A stretch of 64,000 bases of DNA, from the NCBI GenBank assembly GCA_963750165.1, contig CAVVPN010000003.1, forward strand, positions 1,856,001 through 1,920,000. The letters run 5' to 3'. Positions 7,917 to 16,577 of the stretch are shown one piece after another. Below the pieces are notes generated by a model. The model searched no databases. It was given only the letters and a program-made list of their open reading frames with translations, and had not been told where the DNA came from. The translations under genes were made by a program, and so were the position numbers. The stretch's first letter is position 1. Each line of letters opens with the position of its first letter. Source of the stretch: an uncultured Gemmataceae bacterium (lineage in GTDB: Bacteria; Planctomycetota; Planctomycetia; Gemmatales; Gemmataceae).

Positions 7917-9119
7917 ATGAAGGACGTGCAACGCGTCGCAATTGTTGACCCCTCAGACTCGACGCGCGAGCCCTTGCGGAACCTGTTGCTGGGCGTCGAA
8001 TCCGTCTGGCTCGAAGCGGAGTGCTCACGCTACGAGTTCTTCATCGATGTCGTGCGGCAGTCGAACCCGGACCTGGTGGTCGTCGCCCTGGACGCCGACC
8101 ACAACAAGGCCCTGCAACTGATCTCGCAGCTGGGCGCGGAGTGCGCGGGGCTGCCGATCCTGGCGGTCAGCGCCCGCGGCGATGGCCAGTCGATCCTGCA
8201 GGCGCTGCGGAGCGGTGCCAAGGAGTTCCTGACCCAGCCGGTGGTGCTGGAAGAGTTGCTGGTGGCCCTGCAACGACTGCGGCAGAACCGCATCAGCGGC
8301 GACGGCACCGGCAGCAATGGCACCGTCCACGTGCCCTCGCAGGTGATCGCGATCGTCGGCTCGCGCGGCGGCGTCGGCTGCACCAGCCTGGCGGTCAATC
8401 TCGGCTGCAACCTCGCCCAGAACAAGAACCACAACGTCGCCCTGATCGACCTGGACCTGGCCCTCGGCGACGCCGATGTCGCCCTCGACCTGATCCCGGA
8501 CTACACCCTGGCCGACGTGGCCATGAACATTGATCGGCTGGACATGACCTTCCTGCGGCGGTCACTGTGCAAGCACTCGACGGGCCTGTCGCTGCTGCCG
8601 CATCCCGTGCAGATGGAGGACATCAGCCTGATTCACGAGGATCACCTGCAGCGTGTCATCAACCTGCTGCGGGCCAGCTACACGCACCTGCTCTTCGACC
8701 TGAGCAAGCGCTTCACGCCGACCGACCTGACGGCGATGCGCATGGCCGACGTGGTGCTGCTGGTGGCGCAGCTGGAACTGACCAGCCTGCGCAACGTGGT
8801 CCGCATGTTGCACACCCTCACCACCGAGGACGGCCTGGGCGACAAGGTCAAGGTGGTCGTCAACCGCGTCGGTTCGGACGACGGCGAAATCACGCTGGCG
8901 AAGGCGGCGGAGACGATCGGCAAACCGATCTTCTGGCAGGTGCCCAACGACTACAAGGCGATGCTCGGCGCCCGCAACGCGGGGGTGCCGCTCGTCCTGC
9001 ACGCCCCCAAATGCAAGGCGCAGTTGAGCCTGAAGGATCTGGCCAACACCCTGAGCGGTCGGCCGCAACAGGAAGAGGCGCCGAAGAAGGAAAAACGTGG
9101 GTTCTTCTCGTTTCGGTGA
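7917..9119 (+). CDS. cpaE: Pilus assembly protein CpaE/TadZ (pseudo-receiver + MinD-like ATPase)
   Basis: Receiver-like N-terminus lacking the canonical Asp (PDLVVVAL), deviant P-loop GSRGGVGCTS and C-terminal amphipathic KRGFFSFR. Confidence 0.88.
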   Translation: MKDVQRVAIVDPSDSTREPLRNLLLGVESVWLEAECSRYEFFIDVVRQSNPDLVVVALDADHNKALQLISQLGAECAGLPILAVSARGDGQSILQALRSGAKEFLTQPVVLEELLVALQRLRQNRISGDGTGSNGTVHVPSQVIAIVGSRGGVGCTSLAVNLGCNLAQNKNHNVALIDLDLALGDADVALDLIPDYTLADVAMNIDRLDMTFLRRSLCKHSTGLSLLPHPVQMEDISLIHEDHLQRVINLLRASYTHLLFDLSKRFTPTDLTAMRMADVVLLVAQLELTSLRNVVRMLHTLTTEDGLGDKVKVVVNRVGSDDGEITLAKAAETIGKPIFWQVPNDYKAMLGARNAGVPLVLHAPKCKAQLSLKDLANTLSGRPQQEEAPKKEKRGFFSFR

Positions 9120-9131
9120 GAGGTTCCTGTT

Positions 9132-9260
9132 CCCGCGTTGTGGCTTGGTCTCCGGGCCAAGCCACCGGGTCCGACCGAAGGTCTCCCCGCGTGTTAGGCG
9201 GCTGAAGAGGAGACCTTCGATCCGGACGAGTGGCCGGTCGGGAGACCGGGCCACAACGGG
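9132..9260. repeat. Nested palindromic intergenic element
   Basis: GTTGTGGCTTGGTCTCC...CGAAGGTCTCC...GGAGACCTTCG...GGAGACCGGGCCACAAC. Confidence 0.65.
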
Positions 9261-9323
9261 AGAGAAAGAAAGACCAAGGCAGGTACGCAGGCTTTTACGC
9301 AGGCCCCCAAGAGGTACGCATCC

Positions 9324-10700
9324 ATGTCGCGGCTGCAACGCGGACTCAGTGGCATCAACCCGACGGGCGGGTTCAGTCGGATGGGCGGCCAGTCCCAGGC
9401 GAGCGGACTGGGCGGCCAGTCCAACAAGAGCTTCGAGGAACTCAAACGGCTGATCCACGGCAAACTGGTCGATAAGCTCGACCTGTCGCGCGTCAGCGAT
9501 CTGGCCGGTGACACGCTGCGGCGCGAGATTCGGCTGGTGGTCGAGCGGCTGTGCGACACCGAGAACCCGCTGCTCAACCGCATGGAGCGCGAGCGCCTCA
9601 TCGACGAGGTGCTCGACGAAACCTTCGGCTTCGGGCCGCTGGAAATGCTCCTGAAGGATCCGACGATCAGCGACATCCTCGTGAATGGGCCGCACAAGAT
9701 TTACGTGGAGCGTCGCGGCAAGCTGGAAAAGACGGACGTGAAGTTCCGCGATAACGAACACCTGATGCAGATCATCGACCGCATCGTCTCGAAGGTCGGC
9801 CGGCGCGTTGATGAGACGAGCCCAATGGTGGACGCGCGCTTACCGGACGGCTCCCGTGTGAACGCGATCATTCCACCGCTGGCGCTGGACGGGCCATCGC
9901 TGAGCATTCGCCGCTTCGGCTCGAACCCGCTGAAGCTGGAGGATCTGCTCAACTTCAAGGCGTTCACGCCGGAGATGGCGATGCTGATGGAGGCGTGCAT
10001 CAAGGCCCGGCTCAACTGCGTGATCTCCGGCGGTACGGGTTGCGGTAAAACGACGCTGCTCAACACGCTGTCGAGTTTCATCCCACACGACGAGCGCATC
10101 GTGACCATTGAGGACGCGGCCGAGTTGCAGTTGCAACAGGACCACATCGTCCGGCTGGAGACGCGACCGCCGAACATTGAGGGCAAGGGCGCCGTGACCA
10201 CGCGCGATCTGGTGAAGAACGCCCTGCGTATGCGGCCCGAGCGCATCATCATCGGCGAGTGCCGCGGCGGCGAAACGCTGGACATGCTGCAGGCCATGAA
10301 CACCGGCCACAGCGGCTCCATGACGACGCTGCACGCCAACAGTCCGCGCGACGCTCAGGCCCGGCTCGAAACGATGATTATGATGTCCGGCATGGAACTG
10401 CCCATCAAGGCGATGCGCCAGCAGATTTCGTCCGCGGTGGACCTGATTATCCAGGCCAACCGTTTGCAGGGCGGCCCGCGTAAGGTGACGACCATCACGG
10501 AGGTGATGAACATGGAACAGGATGTCATCATCATGCAGGACGTGTTTCGGTACAAGCAACTCGGCATCGATCAGAACGGCCGCGCCTACGGCCAGTTCGA
10601 GGCGACCGGAGTGCGGCCGACGTTCATGGCCCGGCTGGAGGCGGCAGGCATCAAACTACCACAGAATCTGTTCGCCGAGCGTGTGCTGCTGCGTGATTAA
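9324..10700 (+). CDS. cpaF: Tad pilus assembly ATPase CpaF/TadA
   Basis: Walker [50 protein letters not shown]. Confidence 0.96.
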   Translation: MSRLQRGLSGINPTGGFSRMGGQSQASGLGGQSNKSFEELKRLIHGKLVDKLDLSRVSDLAGDTLRREIRLVVERLCDTENPLLNRMERERLIDEVLDETFGFGPLEMLLKDPTISDILVNGPHKIYVERRGKLEKTDVKFRDNEHLMQIIDRIVSKVGRRVDETSPMVDARLPDGSRVNAIIPPLALDGPSLSIRRFGSNPLKLEDLLNFKAFTPEMAMLMEACIKARLNCVISGGTGCGKTTLLNTLSSFIPHDERIVTIEDAAELQLQQDHIVRLETRPPNIEGKGAVTTRDLVKNALRMRPERIIIGECRGGETLDMLQAMNTGHSGSMTTLHANSPRDAQARLETMIMMSGMELPIKAMRQQISSAVDLIIQANRLQGGPRKVTTITEVMNMEQDVIIMQDVFRYKQLGIDQNGRAYGQFEATGVRPTFMARLEAAGIKLPQNLFAERVLLRD

Positions 10701-10707
10701 ACCCCGA

Positions 10708-10829
10708 TTAGTCCTTAGTCATTGGTCATTAGTTATCAGTCATCAGGAACCCCCAAAGACTGAAGCTAAGCGACAAGGGTCGAAGACTAATGACTAAGGA
10801 CTAATGACTAAGGACCAAGGACTAATGAC
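10708..10829. repeat. STRR-like heptamer repeat element (GTCATTA/CTAATGA, CTAAGGA)
   Basis: TTAGTCCTTAGTCATTGGTCATTAG...CTAATGACTAAGGACTAATGACTAAGGACCAAGGACTAATGAC, directly abutting the tadB ATG. Confidence 0.8.
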
Positions 10830-11789
10830 ATGACTCCCCTGTTAATCACCGTGATGGCCTTCCTCGGGGCGTCCGCCCTGGTGGGGTTCTTCCTGTTCGC
10901 GTTCAGCGGCGACGGCCCCGGCAAAACTGTCGAGCGCCTCGACACCCTGACCGGCCGGCGCCGCAAGGAAGACGAGACGACCAGCATTCTCCGCAAATCG
11001 GCGTTCGAGCGCGACAAGCGCTCGCTGCTGGAGATGTTCACGCCGAACTTCCCCAGCCTGGACCGCATCTTCCTGCAGGCCGACTGCCACATCAAGCCAA
11101 GCACCCTGTTCGGCATCAGCCTGCTGCTGGCGGCGGTGGGCACGACCGTATCCTGGCTGGCCGGCGTGCAGTGGTTCCTGGCACCGATCGCGGGCATCAT
11201 CATGTTCCTGGTGCCGATTGCCTGGCTCCTGTGGAAGCGGGCCAAGCGCCTCAAGACGTTCGCCGCGCAACTGTCCGACGCGCTGGAACTGGTGGCCCGG
11301 GCGCTGCGTGCCGGCCACAGCCTCGGGGCCGGCATGCACGTGGTCGCCGAGGAAATGCCGACGCCCATTGCCGACGAGTTCAACCGCGTCTACGAGGAGC
11401 AGAACCTGGGCATCCCCATTGAGGACAGCCTCAAGAGCATGTGCGAGCGCGTGCCCAACCTGGACCTGCGCTTCTTCGTGACCAGCGTGCTTATCCAGCG
11501 GCAAACCGGTGGCGACCTGGCGGAAATCCTCGACAAGATCGGCTACGTCATCCGCGAGCGCTACCGCATCCTCGGGCAGGTGCAGGCCCTGACGGCCGAG
11601 GGCCGGCTCTCCGGCATCATCCTGCTGGCGCTGCCGGTCGGCCTGTTCCTGATGATGCTCTATATCAAGCCGGACTACGTGGAAAAATTGTGGACGAACA
11701 AGCTCGGCATCCAGATGTCGGTGGGCGCTCTCATCCTGCAGCTGATTGGCGCGATCGTCATCAAGAAGATCGTCAACATCAAGGTGTAA
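10830..11789 (+). CDS. tadB: Tad inner-membrane platform protein TadB (T2SSF family)
   Basis: QLSDALELVARALRAGHSL, QRQTGGDLAEILD, QALTAEGRLSG. Confidence 0.93.
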   Translation: MTPLLITVMAFLGASALVGFFLFAFSGDGPGKTVERLDTLTGRRRKEDETTSILRKSAFERDKRSLLEMFTPNFPSLDRIFLQADCHIKPSTLFGISLLLAAVGTTVSWLAGVQWFLAPIAGIIMFLVPIAWLLWKRAKRLKTFAAQLSDALELVARALRAGHSLGAGMHVVAEEMPTPIADEFNRVYEEQNLGIPIEDSLKSMCERVPNLDLRFFVTSVLIQRQTGGDLAEILDKIGYVIRERYRILGQVQALTAEGRLSGIILLALPVGLFLMMLYIKPDYVEKLWTNKLGIQMSVGALILQLIGAIVIKKIVNIKV

Positions 11790-11796
11790 CCAAACC

Positions 11797-11911
11797 TCCC
11801 CTCGCCCCCTTCAGGGGGAGAGGGGTCGGGGGTAAGGGGGTAGTCTGTCAATAGCCCCAAACCCCGCCCCCTCACCCCCGACCCCTCTCCCCCTGAAGGG
11901 GGCGAGGGGGG
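11797..11911. repeat. REP-like inverted repeat (CCCCTCACCCCCGACCCCTCTCCC family)
   Basis: CTCCCCTCGCCCCCTTCAGGGGGAGAGGGGTCGGGGGTAAGGGGG...CCCCCTCACCCCCGACCCCTCTCCCCCTGAAGGGGGCGAGGGGG. Confidence 0.75.
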
Positions 11912-11943
11912 AAAGGCAAGACACTCTACACGAAGGTGCAGCC

Positions 11944-12891
11944 ATGTTAGTGGGCTTCATAGCGATCACGGCGCTCATCCCCTTGCTGGTGTTCTTCGGC
12001 ATCGTCATGGGCATCTGGGCGGTGCTGTCGGGCATCAGTAATCGCAACAGTCGCGCCCTCGACCGGCTGGCCCGGTTGAGCCGGCCGCCGTCGCTGGCGG
12101 ACATTGAGGATCCCAGGCAGAAGAACGACCGCTTCAAGGGGCTGGTCGATACGGCGAAGATGTTCGCCTCGCCCATGATGCCGCAGACCGAGCTGGAACA
12201 GAACGCCCTGAAGACCCGGTTGGCCAACGCCGGCTTCCGTAGCGACGCCGCCACCGTGGTCTACTCGGGCGCTCGCTTCGGCAGCCTGCTGCTGTTCTTC
12301 CTGGTGTCGGTCATCATCTTTGTTCCTGGACGGGAACTCGGCTGGTCCACCTTGCAATGGGTGGTGGTGTTCACGGGCGTCGGCTTTTACCTGCCGAGCA
12401 TCATTCTGTGGTGGCTGCGCAAGAAACGCCAGGAGGCCATCTTCCTGTCACTGCCGGACGCCCTCGACCTGCTGGTGGTGTGCGTGGAGTCCGGCCTGGG
12501 CCTGGACGCGGCCATGCGCAAGGTGTGCGACGAGATGGCCGACCACGCCAAGGTCATCTGCGAGGAACTGTCGCTGGCGAACTTCCAGCTGCAAATGGGC
12601 CGGCCACGGCGCGAGGTGCTGCACGACCTCGGCGTGCGCACGGGCGTGGATGACGTGCGCTCGCTGGCGGCCATTCTGATCCAGGCGGATCGGTTCGGTT
12701 CGAGCATTGCCCAGGCGCTGCGTGTGCAGTCGGACTCGATGCGCACGCGGCGCAAACAACTCGCCGAGGAGAAGGCGGCGAAGACGGCGGTGCAGTTGTT
12801 GTTCCCGCTGATCCTGTTCATCTTCCCCGGCATCTTCGTGGTGCTGGTGGGGCCGGCGGCGATCAACATCATCGAAGTGTTGCTCAAGTAA
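11944..12891 (+). CDS. tadC: Tad inner-membrane platform protein TadC
   Basis: LPDALDLLVVCVESGLGLDAA, IQADRFGSSIAQALRVQSD, AEEKAAK...FPLILFIFP. Confidence 0.93.
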   Translation: MLVGFIAITALIPLLVFFGIVMGIWAVLSGISNRNSRALDRLARLSRPPSLADIEDPRQKNDRFKGLVDTAKMFASPMMPQTELEQNALKTRLANAGFRSDAATVVYSGARFGSLLLFFLVSVIIFVPGRELGWSTLQWVVVFTGVGFYLPSIILWWLRKKRQEAIFLSLPDALDLLVVCVESGLGLDAAMRKVCDEMADHAKVICEELSLANFQLQMGRPRREVLHDLGVRTGVDDVRSLAAILIQADRFGSSIAQALRVQSDSMRTRRKQLAEEKAAKTAVQLLFPLILFIFPGIFVVLVGPAAINIIEVLLK

Positions 12892-12972
12892 CCTGTCACG
12901 GGCCGCGGCGGGCGCGGGGCCGATGTGCGGCGCCGCGCCGGAGCGGTCGGCCCGATCACGGAGGAGAGTGGG

Positions 12973-13608
12973 ATGAAAGGATTCATCACGCGGGCGGCGG
13001 CGGTGCTGGCCCTGGCGGGGGTGATCGGCGCGTTCGTCGGCTGCCAGTGTTACCGGCAGATCGTCGATCCCTGTTATCCGGAACGCTACACGGCGGTGGC
13101 CCGCCAGGAGACGCTGACGCCGTTCGCGGCGCAGGTCGGCAACGGGCACGTCCTGAATCAGACCGTCTGGAACTTCATGTTCGAGCACGGCAGCGACAAG
13201 CTGACGCCGGGCGGCCAGGCGCGTCTGAGCTACCTGAGCCAGGTGCGGCCGGTACCCGATCCGAAGCTGTTCCTGCAGACGGCCCACGACATCAATTACG
13301 ACCCGGCGGCGCCGGAGAAGTTTGTGCAGGCGCGGGCCGAGCTGGATCAGAAGCGCCGCGAAGCCGTCCTCAAGTTCGTGATGGCGGACACGGCGGGCCG
13401 GCCGGTGCCGTTCACGGTGGACGTGCATGACGCGCCAGTGCCGTCGCTGGCGGCGCCGCCGGTTGCGACCTCGATCCAGAAGAATTACATGTACTTCCAG
13501 GGCGCCATGGTGGGCGGTGGTTCGGGCACGGTCGGCACCTCGGGCAGCGGTTCCCCGAGCGGCGGCGGCATGGGTGGCGGCGGCATGATGGGCCCCGGCG
13601 GCCGCTAA
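12973..13608 (+). CDS. Putative lipoprotein in the Tad locus
   Basis: RBS GAGGAG. Signal MKGFITRAAAVLALAGVIGAFVG-C (lipobox-like). Gly/Met-rich tail. Confidence 0.7.
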   Translation: MKGFITRAAAVLALAGVIGAFVGCQCYRQIVDPCYPERYTAVARQETLTPFAAQVGNGHVLNQTVWNFMFEHGSDKLTPGGQARLSYLSQVRPVPDPKLFLQTAHDINYDPAAPEKFVQARAELDQKRREAVLKFVMADTAGRPVPFTVDVHDAPVPSLAAPPVATSIQKNYMYFQGAMVGGGSGTVGTSGSGSPSGGGMGGGGMMGPGGR

Positions 13609-13635
13609 CGCGGAGCTGGACCCCGATCGCCTGAA

Positions 13636-13700
13636 CCGGCCCGGGTCGGTGCGAGGAACCCCCTCGCGGCCGACCCGGGCCGGTGTCGTTTGCTGTCTTT
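13636..13700 (+). terminator. GC-rich hairpin with U-rich tail
   Basis: ACCGGCCCGGGTCGG...CCGACCCGGGCCGGT followed by GTCGTTTGCTGTCTTTT. Confidence 0.5.
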
Positions 13701-13789
13701 TCCGCCGCGGCGCACGCCGGGCGAACGCGACCTATACTTGCGCGGGGCACCGGCCCCACGATCTCATCCCCAATCCCTGGCGTGTACTC

Positions 13790-14074
13790 ATGAGCAAGCA
13801 CCTCGTTCCGTCGCGCACCGCCGGGCTCGCCCCCAGGCTCGGCGTGCTGTTGTTGACCCTCGCCTGTCTCGCCCTCGAAGCCACTCTCGCGCCGACCGCG
13901 GCCGCCGCCAGTCCTGCCGCCGTGACCGCCCCCCGCCCGGCCGCGCTGACCGCGACCGCCGTCCTGCCGGCTACCTTCCTGGAATCCGCCTCGGGCGATC
14001 AGGCGCGGATGATTCAGGTCGGAGTCATCATTGTCATCATTGGCATCTTCCTGTTGTCGAAATCCATTCGCTGA
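13790..14074 (+). CDS. Small hypothetical membrane protein
   Basis: Signal-like N-terminus, Ala/Pro/Thr-rich linker and C-terminal TM segment (MIQVGVIIVIIGIFLL) followed by SKSIR. Confidence 0.55.
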   Translation: MSKHLVPSRTAGLAPRLGVLLLTLACLALEATLAPTAAAASPAAVTAPRPAALTATAVLPATFLESASGDQARMIQVGVIIVIIGIFLLSKSIR

Positions 14075-14138
14075 ACAGTAACCCCTCGCCCTCTCAGCGC
14101 GGGCAGATGAGTAAAATCCTCGAAGGACACCCCGAGCC

Positions 14139-15484
14139 ATGCACACGAGCAAGTCGATGAATATGGAGTGGGAAGGCAACTCGGTGCCGGAGGCCCCCTG
14201 TGCCCCGGAGACGCTGCAGGAAGCGGGCCTGACGCTGCCGTTCCTGTGCGACCTGACGCTGCGCACCCTGTATGTCCGCGGCGGCATGCTCGGACTGGAC
14301 CTGGCGCGGGCGCTGTGCCTGCCGTTCAAGGTCCTTGAGGACGGCCTGAAGTTCCTCAAGGACGAGAAGTGCGTCGAGGTGGCCGGCGGCGACCTGATCG
14401 GCCGTGTCAGCTACCGCTTCAACCTGACCGAACTGGGCCGCCGTCGGGCCAACGAGGCCGTGAAGCAGTGCGCCTACGTCGGCCCCGCCCCGGTGCCCAT
14501 CGAGGACTACATCGAACAGACCTACCGCCAGGCGGTCACCGGCATCAACGTCAGCCCCGAGCCGCTGCGGGCCGCCTTCGCCCACCTGGTCATCCCGGAC
14601 GCCCTGTTCAACGCCCTCGGCCCGGCCATCGTCAGCGGCAAGAGCGTGTTCATCTACGGCCCACCCGGCAACGGCAAAACCTCGGTGGCGCGCTCCATTG
14701 GCGACTTCATGAACAACGCCGGCGGCGAAATCTATGTGCCGCACGCCTTCATCGCCGAGAACGCCATCGTCACCATCTTCGACCAGGCCGTGCATCAGGC
14801 CGTCGAGGCCGAGAGCAACGAGCGTCTGGAAGACAACGAGGCCACCATCCGCCGGCTGCTGAACACCGGCACCGTCGATCCGCGCTGGGTGCGCATCCGC
14901 CGGCCGGTCATCGTCACCGGCGGCGAACTGAACCTGGACATGCTCGACCTGCGCTACAACGCCTCGTCAAACTTCTACCAGGCACCATTGCACGTCAAGG
15001 CCAACGGCGGCGTCTTCCTGATCGACGACTTTGGCCGCCAGCTGTGCAGCCCCAAGGAACTGCTCAATCGCTGGATTCTGCCACTGGAAGACCGTCACGA
15101 CTTTTTGACCGTCGCCTCGGGCAAGAAGTTTGAGGTGCCGTTCGAGCAGCTCATCATCTTCTCGACCAACCTGGACCCGCGCGACCTGGTGGACGACGCC
15201 TTCCTGCGCCGCATCCGCCACAAGGTCGAGATTCAGGCGCCGCGCGCGACGTGTACGAGAAGATTTTCAACTCGGTGGTCAAGCGCCTGGGCATGAACAC
15301 CTGCCCCGCCGCCTTGGACTACCTCTACGAGCGCTACTACGGCAAAACACGGTCGGCGCGCGCCAGCGATTGCCGGGATCTGCTGGAGATCGTCCAGTCG
15401 ATTTGCCGATTCCGTAAACAACCCGTCCAGCTGACGCGCGAACTCATGGTCGAGTCGGCTTCCAGCTTTATTTGCGAATTTTAA
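14139..15484 (+). CDS. AAA+ ATPase associated with the Tad locus; 1-nt frameshift near 15240 (probable sequencing error)
   Basis: Walker A YGPPGNGKT, GVFLIDDFGRQ, FSTNLDPRDLVDDAFLRRI. Continues in the 15251..15484 frame (YEKIF...RASDCRDLLE). Confidence 0.8.
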
Positions 15485-15522
15485 CGGCTCTTGCCCCGGT
15501 TGCGCTGGGGCGGAATCTTTAC

Positions 15523-15550
15523 GTGGGGCAGACAGGAATGTCTGCCCCAC
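15523..15550. repeat. REP-like palindrome
   Basis: GTGGGGCAGACA-GGAA-TGTCTGCCCCAC. Related core at 59464-59491. Confidence 0.7.
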
Positions 15551-15585
15551 GAAGCAACACCGTTCAAGGATGAAGGTGGTGGATC

Positions 15586-16419
15586 ATGGACCGTCGTGGT
15601 GCGTGTCTCCTGGCGCTGGCGCTGGGGCTCACAAGCGGGGGCGCGGGCTGCGTCACCTCGCGAATGTCGCCGGGCCCCGACGGCCGTATGGTGGACCAGC
15701 CATTGCCCGCCGATCCCAAGAAGTCACTGGCCCACGTCAGCGTGGCCTACGCCCGCGTCCACGAGGACCGGGCCGCCGAGCCGAACATCCCGCCGGAAGC
15801 GAAACGGTTGTTCCTCGACCAGGCGCGCGCTGCGTACCAGAAGGCGCTGGAGGCGGAGCCAAAGAACGCCGACGCGCTGCTCGGGATGGCGCGTGTGGCC
15901 GTCGCCGTCGAGGATCCCGAACTGGCCAGGCAGTGTCTGACAAAGGCCGTGCAGTTCCATCCGAAGTCCGTCGCGGTGTGTTTCGAGGTCGGCATGTACC
16001 ATTGCAAACGGAAGGAATGGCAGCCGGCCCTGGACGCGCTGGGCAAGGCCAATCAGCTGGAGCCGGACAACCGCGAGATCGCCAAGATCTACGGCCTGGC
16101 GCTGGCGCGAGCCGGCCAGACCGAGCGCAGCGTCGCCTGCCTGTCCAAGGTGATGGGCAAGGCCCAGGCCCAATACAACGTGGCCGGTATGCTGGCGCAC
16201 ATGAACCAGCCGGAGCAGAGCAAGGAGCACCTGCGGCTGGCGCTGCAACTCCAGCCGAGCTACCCGGCGGCGCAGGAGATGCTCGCGCGGCTGGAGGGCC
16301 GGCCATCGAGCCAGCCGACGGCGGCGCAGCAAGGGGTCGTCACGGCCGGCTACGAGCAGCCGGCGCCGCGCGACGGCCAGGGCCAACCGGGCACCGCCAC
16401 GGTCGGCTTCGATCCGTAA
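15586..16419 (+). CDS. TPR-repeat lipoprotein (TadD-like candidate)
   Basis: Signal ending GAG-C. TPR motifs (YQKALEAEPKNADALLGMA, ALGKANQLEPDN, AQYNVAGML...LALQLQPSYPAA). Confidence 0.75.
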   Translation: MDRRGACLLALALGLTSGGAGCVTSRMSPGPDGRMVDQPLPADPKKSLAHVSVAYARVHEDRAAEPNIPPEAKRLFLDQARAAYQKALEAEPKNADALLGMARVAVAVEDPELARQCLTKAVQFHPKSVAVCFEVGMYHCKRKEWQPALDALGKANQLEPDNREIAKIYGLALARAGQTERSVACLSKVMGKAQAQYNVAGMLAHMNQPEQSKEHLRLALQLQPSYPAAQEMLARLEGRPSSQPTAAQQGVVTAGYEQPAPRDGQGQPGTATVGFDP

Positions 16420-16429
16420 AAACAGTTTC

Positions 16430-16471
16430 CGATTGATCGGTTCGCGCGGCCCAGCGCGAACCGATCAATCG
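16430..16471. terminator. 18-bp perfect stem-loop closing the Tad region
   Basis: CGATTGATCGGTTCGCGC-GGCCCA-GCGCGAACCGATCAATCG then AACCTTTT. Confidence 0.6.
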
Positions 16472-16577
16472 AACCTTTTACGCGGCTCCGCCTGCCTTTT
16501 CGCTTGCAATCCGCGGCCTTGCCCCCGACGATAAGACCGTCGTCCCTGGTCTTCCGTCGTGGAGAGGAACCGCACCC

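Noticed and set aside
15230..15260. Programmed ribosomal frameshifting at this and the other frame breaks
   Set aside because: No slippery heptamers or shared signal, and the breaks hit unrelated gene families. Sequencing indels are more parsimonious.
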